From positions 1 to 61,339 of the forward strand of contig CAJVPI010000071.1 of the NCBI GenBank assembly GCA_910592345.1: a stretch of 61,339 bases of DNA, in the 5' to 3' direction. The notes below the pieces were generated by a model. That model worked only from the letters and a program-made list of their open reading frames with translations, was not told where the DNA came from and did no database searches. Made by a program: the position numbers and the translations under genes. The DNA is from Paraglomus brasilianum. Lineage: Eukaryota. Positions 26,201-37,272 of the stretch are shown here, one piece after another; the first letter of the stretch is position 1, and every line of letters begins with the position of its first letter.

Positions 26201-28263
26201 TTTCGCAAAGGTTTGGCAGTTTGCAGTCTCTGTAGCGAATTTGCTATTGTTGATCCCGCTGATGACCTATCACCTGGCTGTGTTGATATGGTACCATTTT
26301 GTTCCTTTTCATTATCCTCAACTGTATCTCTATCAAGATGCATTCCTTTACCACTTGTATATTCCTCGACCTTTCCATCGTTAGTTAAATTGTCTTCTTT
26401 CCGCCTCTGTATACTCTGATCATTTTCTGCAACAACCCCACCATCCACATCCACCATTGCTCCGTTTTCCTCTTTCTTCTCGTGTCCTGCCTGGCCAGAC
26501 TCTATACGCGTTGATTGAAGCGATAACGATCTCATTGTCTGAGAGAGTTTCTCTAGCGGAGACTTTGATGAAGACAAGGATATTATGCCCGCATTTGCCT
26601 GGAGAGGTTTGTCTTTCGTTTGAGGGGGAGTGTAAATATTGTAGGAACGTTTGGCTAATGTAGCATGAACAAATCCTGGAAGAGTTGGCGATGTTTGAGG
26701 AATGGCATTTTGTGTATTTTCAATGTCTGTGTATAATTTCTGATCCAAGGAAGCCTTTGTTGGAGCTGCAAACCGTTCAGTAGAGTGCGACCTTGATAAT
26801 GCCCTTATTGACATTTCTGGTGACAACATTGGCGATGGTGATGGTGATGACAACGGGGGTGACATTTGCGCAGAATAGTCGGGAAAATATGAAGATGCGT
26901 CATACGACTGCTCGCTCGGTGAGTACGCGATTAGAACTGAATGTTGTGGTCGGGGTTCATTACTATACCAATTTGAAGGTATTGCCATTGGAAAGTCTGA
27001 ATCATGTGGTACTGTGTGCATATGATCGTTTCCATAGTTAGCAGATGTATTTGCATAAAACTGGTCTTCTGGTAGGGGAGCGGAGCGACCAAAAGGAAGA
27101 CCAGGATATGCGTATTGCTCTGGATATGCTACATATTGATCTGAATATCCTTGTTGGTTGACATATGAAGCCTGATACGGATCCGAATAAGCTTCACCAT
27201 ATGCGATATTTTGCTCTTCCAATTGATCAGCATACGGGTCAGGAACCGGATGGCCAAAATTATCGTCGTCGATTACGTAGTTGTTGTCGTTTATTAAATG
27301 AGGACCACCTATCCCGTGGACAGGTCGTATCGGATCCAATGGAGAATTATCATCGGCGTCGTAATTACGACCATTTGAGAAATCATTACCCTCGCTTGCT
27401 GCTTTTCCAGAAATTTGTTCAGTATTTGGCAAATTTGATTGTCCTTGTTCTATTTGCTGCTCTCGTTTTTCTTGCTTTGGCAGATCATTCATGTTTGTAT
27501 TTTTTATCTCTATCTCTATTTCGTCCTCGCCTTCGCCCTCGGTTATATTTTCCATAATATTATCTATAGAACTAACAGCGCCGACCACACTAGTTCCCGA
27601 AGATCCACTACGGTGACTAGCTTCGCTTACAACCCTCGAATGCGACTTTCCCACGGTATTGGTATTCCCATAATACCATTTGGCGTGGGTTAAATCGTTG
27701 TTGCTTCCATTAGAAGATGAAATAGATGTGGGCGGAGTATACGAGTTGAATGATGATACGGAAGTCTCGTCGTCTTCATTTATCTCAACCAAATGAGAGC
27801 GTGTTTTGTGAACTGTTTGTGCTAAAGGCGAATTTGATGCATTATACGGTTTACCGTTTGTGGAAGGAGAGAGGTTGGGTGAATCTTCGTATTCGTGACG
27901 AAGGGAAGAATTTGGTATAAGAGATCGTTGTATACGAGAAGGGTTATAGGATGCATTCGTTGTATTTGTCGATATACTCTCGGCATTATTGCCATTGTCT
28001 TCGACTATTATTCGCTCTTCGGTCTGTTGAAGGGTTAATGATGGTGTTTGTCCACGCCTTAGTACGCTAAATCTTTTTGTGAGTTGAGGTAGGATGAGAG
28101 AGGTGCGAAAATCATTTGCAGGTAGTTCAGGAGGCAAGGACGGTACTCTTGCTTGTTGTTGTTGTTGTTGTTGCAGTTGTTGTGATTCATCTTCAGGTTG
28201 TGGGTTGCCTTGCTGTGCTTGCTGTAATTTTTTTAGGTCTTGCTTCTTTCTGAATTTGTACAT
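23278..28263 (-). CDS. Large single-exon, largely disordered Ser/Pro-rich fungal protein of unknown function (1661 aa)
   Basis: Uninterrupted 5-kb ORF with short motif-like islands NDFRTSLILPQLTKRFSVLR, ISGPQLIASS, VIRRTIII and HVEVLELADGSYVWQVVDG. Confidence 0.85.
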   Translation of the reverse strand: MYKFRKKQDLKKLQQAQQGNPQPEDESQQLQQQQQQQARVPSLPPELPANDFRTSLILPQLTKRFSVLRRGQTPSLTLQQTEERIIVEDNGNNAESISTNTTNASYNPSRIQRSLIPNSSLRHEYEDSPNLSPSTNGKPYNASNSPLAQTVHKTRSHLVEINEDDETSVSSFNSYTPPTSISSSNGSNNDLTHAKWYYGNTNTVGKSHSRVVSEASHRSGSSGTSVVGAVSSIDNIMENITEGEGEDEIEIEIKNTNMNDLPKQEKREQQIEQGQSNLPNTEQISGKAASEGNDFSNGRNYDADDNSPLDPIRPVHGIGGPHLINDNNYVIDDDNFGHPVPDPYADQLEEQNIAYGEAYSDPYQASYVNQQGYSDQYVAYPEQYAYPGLPFGRSAPLPEDQFYANTSANYGNDHMHTVPHDSDFPMAIPSNWYSNEPRPQHSVLIAYSPSEQSYDASSYFPDYSAQMSPPLSSPSPSPMLSPEMSIRALSRSHSTERFAAPTKASLDQKLYTDIENTQNAIPQTSPTLPGFVHATLAKRSYNIYTPPQTKDKPLQANAGIISLSSSKSPLEKLSQTMRSLSLQSTRIESGQAGHEKKEENGAMVDVDGGVVAENDQSIQRRKEDNLTNDGKVEEYTSGKGMHLDRDTVEDNEKEQNGTISTQPGDRSSAGSTIANSLQRLQTAKPLRKQVLESPVDPPETRNFVGKSEGLYTQQRRAATRPDSQLMDFDLASHPQNTETNTRQETEFLPPRPQTDYLPSRPQTDILPYQQKTDISLSQEQANFLLSQQRNFVPPKQGPPPKPEPPPDALTDTLIASGQADIANQVLIMRRLQNASVSMYEQRSRSIVRRPKKPINPKDISGPQLIASSSSVKSIPIVHLDRDEDSENGSFARKVSLRENENTFSKSIRRIKDVFANDGENKSLKKKKRSNDILRLQVFNDTLSRKSVSEENLNRRYDTDGGLWRNNSTTSLNKDYQDSDRSMSMKSVSEDNATLVTGENDIVFPRPPPMYDLDALKRHAETVTKYSTSKKSSQSGESGNTSTRSSASAGRASLGKKASKELSKETIQEAEDDNRASQSSKLTVDVVSFRKNVTDDARDNTDSDSNTSFAPVSPLSQNSVDVSGSTTPQPLSPLGSLRSRRNSKSGSIKRDKPTTGSLRQNSKDSSTERSKRGANRNSKTSSKLLSIFSNFGNRSNNGTKNSLQVTTNSNSIPTIIHPNEQSDSMVGSPTEVSKPRNPVIRRTIIITKPVLPPLPDEAKSADSPDDHTDLDKKLHVGGIHIDSEGRKWYLTRVDEDAQSTTSARQSQNDKFLDIPANETLRNRPPTPVPSPNTRESILEPPYGIPIPPIPPLNSDALLSHRSSVSSKRASKQSVASSLSSTSRLRKSTGGKSIASAYGESLFDFYDYSDHEGDDNEQDNDSVYSRQDNDTENVDSPNDHFSYDYSSRPHSGLEENNFKHSVLFDSDALLEELEHQQHVEVLELADGSYVWQVVDGSRASNAGKFSQCFDEYYSKKNGEESDMEDSNRYSHLDYYHNYPSPLHLPGVQQSQSRVSSYLLPNSSQSSHSKRSSITSSDHQFDQLPQTSVYIAKDVSLPRLIEEMSKGLNRFELSSNDHENGNYIYGGEVSAGGTGVVGETTVEEKLDQVMKVLGVDEKGIYVPN

Positions 28264-28497
28264 TACTTGAATGTGTGTTTGAGAGACTGAAATGTGAGTG
28301 TTTTACGTGTATATGCTTCTATATGTCTTTACTTACTATGAAATGATAGTATTTGTTAGGTGAGGGGGGGGTGGGATGTATGATAATGCGATGGTCGGGT
28401 TAGTGAAGCATTTGTGTCGAGTTATGTATTGTTGAGGTTAGTATTGTCTTCTGGAAAAGGTCTAAGGGCGAGTAAAAGAACTTTATATTTGGGCAGG

Positions 28498-28583
28498 GTT
28501 GTTGTTGCTCCGTTGTCGTTTTCGTTGTTCTTGTTCTTGTTCTTGTTCTTGTTCTTGTTCTTGTTATTGTTATTGTTATTGTT
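28498..28583. repeat. (GTTCTT)n / (GTT)n microsatellite upstream of the 1661-aa gene
   Basis: About six GTTCTT units flanked by GTT/ATT triplets. Confidence 0.85.
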
Positions 28584-31500
28584 GGGGGTTGGTTGGTAAG
28601 TGATGGTGGTGCTGTCGATGATGGATGTATGCTGATGGATGTATGTATGCTGGTGCAGAGGTTAAATGGGTAATACTTTTTTCTAAAAGAGGAATTGGAC
28701 ACTGCAGCAAAAAAAGAGACGGAAAATTTGTTTGTATACAAAAGAATGACTAGAAAACGTTGGACGGGAAGCAAAGGAAGGTGAAAATTACCGACAGAGA
28801 GAAAGGATAAATAACGACTGATCGAAAAGCCAGTAGATAAATGGTTAATGAATGATAAGTAATTCGTACAATTTTGTGGTAAATGTACTGAATAGTAAAG
28901 TATACGTAAGACGTAATTAATATTATATAAATAATGATGGATAGATAGACTATGTATTATCAACACATTGTTTACGTTTTAGTATTAAATATAATATATA
29001 TTTCACAAATGATCACACGTTTTCCTCTGTTGGTCCAGCTCGAGAAAACACCCTTACGAATTTCGAATATAAATTCCAATTCGAGATGTCGAATATTTTG
29101 TTTGGGACATTTTGTTTCCCAAACAAGCTTGAAACACAACGAATCTGTGTTGCTACAACGACGAGAATAGCAATAATTACTACCACGGCGGAACGAGTAA
29201 TCATGTCAATTTAAATAATATATAATATTATTAATATTTCTAATCACCACCAATCACAACACGATAACGAAATATGATAACGTCATCACATTCTTCACCC
29301 GAAATGATCGGACAGCCACATGGATGAACAACAAAATATGTAACTTTCGGTTTTGCTGACCAAAAATAATTGGGCTGCTTTTTTGCTTTCGAGAGGGTAT
29401 TCACATGGCACAAAGGTTTGATCAGGGATGTTATAACTGTTGGTAGATAGCCAGGGGGGTGTGAGAGGGGAACGCATACGAATCGGCTATACAATCATCC
29501 CCCACCATCCAATAATAGCAATAAAAGGGTTTCTACCGGAAATGCTAAACACGAAAAGACGAATGGAATGTCTTGCTCACAAACAATCGGCTTATTAATA
29601 AATACCCCAGAAAAGCTCATTAGCTTGCCAATCACATTACATCACACACAAAAGCCAGTTCTTTATGAAAAGAAACAATGAAATCTAATCGTTATCGTTA
29701 TTACGGATCGAGTTCACAACGTACTGAACGTAGCAGATGTCAATTCGTGCAGCCAACAAAAAAGTTACTGGATCGCACCAATTTAAGTTGCTCCACACGC
29801 AAACGTTATCCTTATTAAGAAGAGCAAACGTTCAATCAGGAATAACCTATCGAACTATTTATATTGTGTCACCAACGTTGTTTAGTCTAGAACATGTCAG
29901 CATGTAAACATATGATATACAGTCATGCAGGTATCGTTAAAATGCCATTTAATGATATTATCTAATAAACATTTAAGCTCAATAAAGAATAAGGTTTGGA
30001 TACTTTAATATGAATTGCCATTCTGCTTTTATGGACTATAAAATGTTGTATTTCCATTTCTCTTGTGTAATGCGTGTCAAAATATATTAACCACCACGAT
30101 TATTAAATTCCATTACGTATGCTACTGTCATAATCTTTTGTATTTCCCTCCTCAATCGTTTCAACAAGAATAAAGTTTTCTTTGGCGGAAGACAGTGTTT
30201 CTCGAATAAGGAAAGGCTTTTTCATGAATGCTCTGTCTCACAGATAATTTGGGTAATTAAACCGAATACCTGTTTGAATGTATCGCTTATCATATTCAGG
30301 ATACTGTCCCGTGTGACAGACTGTCGAATCGAAAGATGCATCGTCGTGCATTGTAATGCTATGCGTATGAACGAAATTCAGCAGTATCATAACGCACAGA
30401 CATATTCTAATATGTAAACTGTTCGTCATGAAAGATTGTAAGAACAAGATGACCCAACTTGCGCTCTTAAACGAGTCCAATCGGCCTGTGCCGCTAGAAC
30501 CGCTGACAGTGTCTATTAAAAGTAATTTGAAAAGTCGTAAAGCTAAATACTGTATGTTCATAGATATCAGATTCGCATAATCGACAGTGGAACAAATTCT
30601 TTCTGTCGGCTGAGTGTGTTTCAACCGGTTTGTTAGAAAAAGCGTAAAAGGTTTCAAGTGAAAAAGTGTTTGTTAACAAGCTATACTACCATTAAGTCGA
30701 ACACCAGAGCAGCTAATGTCTGAATCATCATTACTGCATACAAAGATCCTTTAAAACGAATATTAATATTCCCGCAGATCTTTGGGTTTCAGATGTGGGA
30801 ATTCGGGGGAGGGAATGCAAAAAATAGGCATTACTATGCTATACATTTGTACAACAAGATCAACATTTGCGTTTATTGAATATGTATTTCCAAGTACGTA
30901 CTTACTACCGTTATGAAAACTTGACGTAATGATTTATTGCAAAGACAGACTGTCAAAGAAGTCTTGTATTGGTCTGTGTAATATTACATGTTTATCCAAT
31001 ACGATAAATCCTGTCTAGCAATAAAGTTTGTCCTCCATAAACTATTAATTTTCATTGGTCACTATTGCTATGCCCGACCCATAATACTGTAACAGCTAAT
31101 GGATGTGAGGCTTTACTGCCTATTGCAAGAGAATCGGAACTTTTTCACGTAACGGTTTGTTTAAAAGGCTCGCTCGTTCTTTAAGAAAATTTTGGTATAT
31201 AATCTGGCATTTCGTTATCGAGTTCCGCATAATGAGGTTTAATTAGTGAGTTACGGCTTTACAGTCAAATGACTTTCTTGCTATACATTAAAGTTGCAGT
31301 ATACGTATATGTGACGAGAGTTTGTGAAACCGCTTCCGACCCGTTGGCCTGATTATTGCTCCTGAAGTACAATGCAATTAGCTATTACAGTTTCATATAT
31401 TATATGTTTATGTAAAGATAAATAACATCTGATTTGTTGCAACAGGTGTCGGAAGCATTCCTCTAAATGAGAATAAGGCTGGTAAAAGTATCTTTCAGAG

Positions 31501-32659
31501 TCGTTGAACGTATGCAGTGTTTATGTGGCGTGCTTCGTCGTACTTTACGTAACAGCCATATAATTTCATTGGAAATAAACTGGTTCGGAAAAAAAAAAGT
31601 TTACAATTTACTTTTGGTTGTTTGTGATTCCCGGAATTTTGTTGGTTACACACAATGGACACCAAATTTATGATTTGTTCGGGTATGGGATCTGCAAGTG
31701 GCGGCTGAGTAAATGTATCCAAAATTTAACTACGGTAGCGCAATGGCAAATTAATTAAAGAAAGATGCACTGTTTTAGCCATCTCGGCATCCAAGCCTCC
31801 TCAATTTGAGCCAAGCGACTTGGCCGAAAGGCTTTCGTCGCGATTTCCATAGATGTTTACTACAATAAACCAAATGCAGACTACATCTACCACAGCCATG
31901 GTCACACAGTCGGGAGTGCATTATAGTCAACAATTCTGCTGTTACGTGTATGCAAAGCTAGCTACTATTGCAATAGTCAATATTTATATTATAGTTAATT
32001 TATGGTAGTACGGCATACTCTGTACACCGAGTGACCATAATCAAATCAGAATCATTGATTACAATGGAATAAGGTTTGTTATGTATAGTCATGTTTATCA
32101 AACAGCGAATCCAAATTAGAGTATCATGATTACTTCGCGAACGCAGTCAATTGTTCAACAATATCCGTACTTTCTCATTATAAACAAGCGGAAGCAATCA
32201 ACTTAAATTACGTAAAGTCATGTTAGACTCGAGACCCTAGTATAAAGTAGCAATGATTGTTAGATCATTGAGTAACTTCTTCGATGCAAGCGTATAGTCG
32301 ATTGTCCCGAGAGCAGGTGCTAGCCGTAACACTTTTTATTATTAACAATGTTCGCATATTAAGCGTCGAATAACCAATAGCCGATACCAAATGCTTAATA
32401 GACTAAGTTCCGCATTTAAGTTCATGGTTGGTCACTAAGAGACGAAGAAATTGCTCCGGATTGATACGCAAGTAATATTTACTTCTCCCATAGAGGACTT
32501 TAATTCAAGAATGTTTCCACTTCAAGCATTAATTCCTGTTATGCACAGCAAAGGGTCTGGTTCATTCCCCGACCGCAGCCATTATTTATGTGTAGTAATG
32601 CATCTATCGATGAGCATCATAATAAGTAGTAATAAGTAATAATTTATCACAAGTAAAAC

Positions 32660-32818
32660 CCATTATAAGAAAGTCGTCGGGTCGGACCAAATACTCTTAT
32701 ATCGAAAATCTCTTATAAGGGTCATTAGTTAAAAGATGTTAAATCGGATCCAGCAAAAATCTTTCATATAGGCCATATTTCTTATATCAAAGGTTTCTTA
32801 TAATGAATTATACCTGTA
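32660..32818. mobile_element. pogo-like MITE terminus
   Basis: Repeated CTTATA(A/T) motifs ending in TTATAATGAATTATACCTGTA (reverse complement TA-CAGG...). Confidence 0.4.
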
Positions 32819-32868
32819 ACATGTTTATTCGATACTAACGTAACTGTGTGTTAAGACAGCAAAGAATT

Positions 32869-33335
32869 TACAGTAGCCAATCATATTTGGAGCCATTATA
32901 TTCATTATTCTTCATATAGTGAAAAAAATGGCACCGCAAAAAATTCCATAACGACGACACAAGATATTTCATATGTTTTAAATGTATTTTATTATAAATA
33001 AAAATTTTAATACGAAATCCCATCCCGTTCTTTTCCAATACAAGCTTGCATCTTTTTTCATTGATAAAACTAAATTGTTTACTGTTTCAACTGAAATCGC
33101 GTCCCATTCTTCAACCACAAACTTCTTCAATTCATTAATATTCTTTGGCATTCGTTTTCAACATTGTGTTTGATTATTTGCCACATGTTTCTATGGGATT
33201 GAGGTCTAGGCTATTTCAATGGCCCGAATCCCATTCTCGACGATAAAATCCTTGGTAACGTGCGAGATGTGCTTTGGATCATTATCTTGTTGCAGGTACC
33301 AGTTCCTGCCATACATGCTTTGAGCAGCAGGCAAG
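32869..33335 (-). mobile_element. Tc1/mariner remnant (C-terminal transposase fragment plus terminus)
   Basis: Minus strand QQDNDPKHISHVTKDFIVENG..WP..SLDLNPIE (SPDLNPIE motif). TA-CAGTAGCC terminus at 32869. Confidence 0.75.
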
Positions 33336-33993
33336 AGCCGGGTTTGCAATATACTTACATAGAAGGGCCCATTCATTATTACTAAGTAGAGATGGCAATT
33401 TTACCAAGAATTTGACTGTCGGCGTGTTATTTAAAAATCTGTGCGAAATAATTTTACAAAGGTTAACGAGCAAAGATAACGAGAATAATCGAATATAATG
33501 GTTTTTCCAAAATAGAAACAACCGGGTTAGATCACAGTAATCAAAATACTGACTTACAACTTAAACTAATAGCTAGTACAGAAATGCAAAAAGCAGATAT
33601 ATGGTCACCCGATAATTTGCAATGGTATTAAAGTATAACAAAATTATATGAAAATTCTAGTTTAATAGCTCGCGGAATGCAACTTGTTTAATTCATCTTG
33701 TTATAAAAAATTCTTGTACATAAATTTTTTAATACTAATGTAACATTCACAAATACAATATGCATATTGCATATTTGAATTTGTTCAGTGTGTTTTATGA
33801 TCTTGAAAGAACTGCAAAATAAATTAATTAAGAATAGAATTTGCAGTCACAATTACATTTGTATGATTCAAGTGTACTGAAAATCTTGCCATTAATTGAA
33901 AACACATCCTATGGGTATAGGTAACCAACATTCTATAGAAACTACTACTCTTACAAGGGATGATCATTAGTGTGGATATTTATTAAACTATGC

Positions 33994-34540
33994 TTAAAAG
34001 AGATCTGTTAACTTTGATGTTAACTGAGAGTAATTACAGGCATTTGCACACGAAATTATATCTCTCCACATTTTACTACTGCAATGTTCTCCCCAATAAG
34101 AAATAACAGATTCCACATGCATTTTTTTCTCTCCTTTTTTCATTCTTCCAAAGTCTAACTTCACAACGCCTCTAGTTCCATATAGAGACATATAAAATGT
34201 TCTAACAAAACTGATCAGATCAAATTGAGGCTCATATACAAAAGATAACTCCTCATTAATGGCATTCAGAACATTATCTGCACTACATTCCAAGCCACCT
34301 GCAAAATATTGAGGGCCTTCACAGAATAACCCCAATCAAGAATGACAACCAGCCCTTCCCTATGCCACTTTCATGCACTTCCTGAAGTGTTGCAAGAAGA
34401 TCCTCAACATCTATCTTTTGCCAGTAGCGGATTTTTTCACAAACTGGCTGTGTGATGATAACATTGTTGTCGTGTGCAACAAGAGAGCTGAGTAAATTGT
34501 GATAATCAATTCGCGTTTGTCTAATGATCATCCGCAGTGT
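33994..34540 (-). pseudogene. Kinase-like fragment resembling AMF Crinkler-associated C-terminal kinase domains (5'-truncated, frameshifted)
   Basis: DVEDLLATLQEVHESGI, then IDWGY in another frame, then FAGGLECSADNVL..YEPQFDLISFVRTFY. The HRD catalytic loop is missing and the gene is cut off at a transposon end at ~34557. Confidence 0.5.
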
Positions 34541-34556
34541 ATGATGGTATTTTATT

Positions 34557-35460
34557 ACACAGTGGCTCTCTTTATAGTGGACCTCCGCTACAGTGGATTT
34601 TAGTTATTGTGGAGAAATGTTGGAAACTTTTTTTCCTCCTAATTAAACTAGCTCTATAGGGGAGGCAATCATTTCGTCGACAATTATTTCACCGACAAAT
34701 CTTCACCAACATTATTTCGAAGTTATCCTTTTTTGGTAGTTAATTGTCGGTGAAATGTACTGTCGGTGAAATGATTGTCGATGAAATAATACGGACCCCT
34801 CTATAGTGTATTTATATAGAAACTATGCAGATATCGGTTAGTGGAGGAAATACTCTTGATTGATTATAGTCTAGAACGCCTCTATGTAGTGTATGTAGTA
34901 TAAAATGGCTATATTGTGGTTTTCGTTCGATATAGTGGAGGGGTAATGATTAGTCAGATTAGAGAGAAGAAAGTTTTCTTCTTTGTTTATGGAGGAACAG
35001 TCTATGGATAGAAGTAGCCAAGAAACCGTGTTGCCTTGACTGGGGCAAGTATGTAATTGATAAAAAAATAATAAAGCAAGGATCTTTATTACTTTTATAA
35101 AGAACTAAGAGAAACTACGATGTTAATTAATAATAAAAGATAATAATGCAAAATTATTTTTTCAGAAAAAGGGAATTATGTGGAAAAAAAAACAAACTTC
35201 CCCTCAATAAAAGGCCGAGAACTAGCGGAAGACTTTGTAGTGAGCAAGCTGTCTCTAAAATTCTCCATATTGGCTAAGCCTTGAACTAGAATCAACTGCC
35301 GCCAGATTCAAACGCGATCGAAAAGGCACCTTTCCCGAAATTGAAGAAGCAATGATAATTTAGGTTGATCTCAAGGGCTTACACTACAAGGGCATATGGT
35401 TCAAGAAAAAGCGAAAACGTTAAATAGTTTAAAGCATCAAATTCTTCGAAATAATATTGA
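34557..35460 (+). mobile_element. Decayed pogo-like transposon (left end plus CENP-B/Tc5 HTH fragment)
   Basis: CAGTGG..TATAGTGGA repeated terminal motifs. KRDRKGTFPEIEEAMII*VD..LTLQGHMVQEKAK..FKASN at ~35310-35445. Confidence 0.65.
34660..34798 (+). mobile_element. 139-bp MITE-like insertion with 8-bp target-site duplication
   Basis: GGGAGGCAATCATTTC...GAAATAATACGGACCC is flanked by CTCTATAG at 34652-34659 and 34799-34806. Internal 15-bp sub-repeats (TGAAATGATTGTCG-like) occur in inverted orientation at the two ends. Confidence 0.8.
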
Positions 35461-35681
35461 AAACAAGTGCCAGTCTAGCACTTTCAGTGAATATTGCGGT
35501 CATTTACCTTCTTTACTGCTTTTCCTTGCGTGTTAATACGAAATAAACTGGGTTTTAATCAAATTCGCTATAGTAATAGTGTATGTCACATGATATATTA
35601 TTAAATACACTATTCCTTAAACTGTGTTGTCGTTCGCCTATTTTCTTTCTTTAATCTTTCTTAATTGCTCGTGGTCGAAAT

Positions 35682-35787
35682 GGGAGGCAATCATTTCGAC
35701 AAATCTTCACCAACATTATCTCGAAGTTATCCTTTTTTGGTAGTTAATCGTCGGTGAAATGTACTGTCGGTGAAATGACCCGTAGCC
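35682..35787 (+). mobile_element. Second copy of the same MITE-like family
   Basis: Shares GGGAGGCAATCATTTCG..CAAATCTTCACCAACATTAT..GAAGTTATCCTTTTTTGGTAGTTAAT..GTCGGTGAAATGTACTGTCGGTGAAATGA with 34660-34798. Confidence 0.8.
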
Positions 35788-36164
35788 ATTAGTATGTAAA
35801 GTCACGTGATAATATATTACACGGATTTTGCGTATCCTGAAGTTTATCTTTTTGAGTGTCTGGGTTGCCAAACTCAGATACAACATATTTAAACGAGTCA
35901 ATGTACAGGTAAATATGACAATAAAACCCAACAACTGAATATGCTTCTTTTAATAAGATACGTAGTTATTATTATCAAATTAAACCATTGCTAGTTTTCG
36001 CCAAACTGCCGTTTTTATTTTTATAATAAAGTTTGGTTTAACGAAGATGGCTTTGTACAGAACTTTCTCTGAATTGTACGGGAGAACAGAATTATTTGAA
36101 TCCATGTGGGAACTGCATGCTTTTTTTAGATTAAGCCACTAATCCTGCATTAGTATATACAACT

Positions 36165-36710
36165 ATGGCTATTTACGAGAAAATCGAACAAGAGTTGAGG
36201 AAGCTCGAGGTGGAGTTGATTGAGGTAAAAGACGAATTGAGGACCTTCAAGGAGGGAGAGAATGGTGTAAAGTTGCTGGATACATTGAGGAGTAGACTAC
36301 TGAACAAGGAATATGAAGACGAAGAAGAGAAGAAAATGTGGGAGGCGGAGAAGGAGAAGCTGGAGAGAAAGGAAGAGAGGCTGGAGCAGGAAGTTGTGAA
36401 AAGCAGAGAACGAGTGTGGGTAGTGCGGGAGAGGTTTACCCGTCCTTAGACAGGTAACACTTTAACTCAGGCTTGGGAACAAAGAGTAGTAGTGTACAGA
36501 GGTAGTGTACAGAGGATAGATAGGGATGGTCAGTCGAAATTTGTCATGCCGCTTATTCCTTCCTCTGCTTTTGGTTGAGGAAGACACATATTCCAGCATT
36601 GATTCCGCTCGCTGCAACGGCATGCTAAAAATAATCAACTACCAAGCTCCCCAAGGTTCAAAGAAGATCAAGCAATAGTGCATAAAACAATAACTCGATT
36701 GTCGACCTTG
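36165..36710 (+). pseudogene. Coiled-coil protein fragment of an AMF-type expanded family, probably pseudogenised
   Basis: 94-aa E/K-rich heptad ORF. The stop lies just before a GGTAAC donor-like site, followed by decayed downstream sequence. Confidence 0.4.
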
Positions 36711-37272
36711 ATTTGAAACTTGATTGTCAAAATCTCTAAGGACAAATTTACAAATACTAATACTGTTAATTGGGAGCATTTCAATACTCCTTAAAGCTAA
36801 TAACAATTCAGCGAAAACCTCTGCTCATAAGCTATTAAATAAAGCATAAAGCATGTTCATTGCTCTCTCCGTTGTGGCACAATGATCAACAATTCTTTTG
36901 CCATTTTTTTCCGTGACACACTGTATATTCAATAGTTGCGTTCCTTTAGTTGCATGCTAAAGGTGCTCACAATAGTTGCATGTTGGGCATTGCAAGACTT
37001 AAGAATAGCTCGTAAATCTTTTAGTCACAGAGCACACATTACCTTTGAGTCATTGCAACTGAAAAAGGGACAAGAAATAGCATTACTGAACTGATATAGT
37101 ACGCGTTTGCGTTGCGGAAAGGTTCGGCTAGCAATATTTGCTGTGCCACCATTAATGTCGCATTTTATTGGTCAATTTTACAAATCTCATCACAGATTGT
37201 GTCTTTTCCTTGCTAAAAAAAGAATCCTACCATTCTCTCTTTCCCTCGTCTTCCTTCTTTTCCTCTCTCCGA

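Noticed and set aside
28400..28966. 188-aa ORF and other short antisense or overlapping ORFs in the track (e.g. 37352-37537, 58714-58938, 45987-46169, 48138-48515)
   Set aside because: They are explained by microsatellites, repeats or the antisense of low-complexity exons.
31809..31836. Hammerhead-like GCCGAAAGGC hairpin
   Set aside because: It lacks the CTGANGA core and GAAA junction in the required arrangement.
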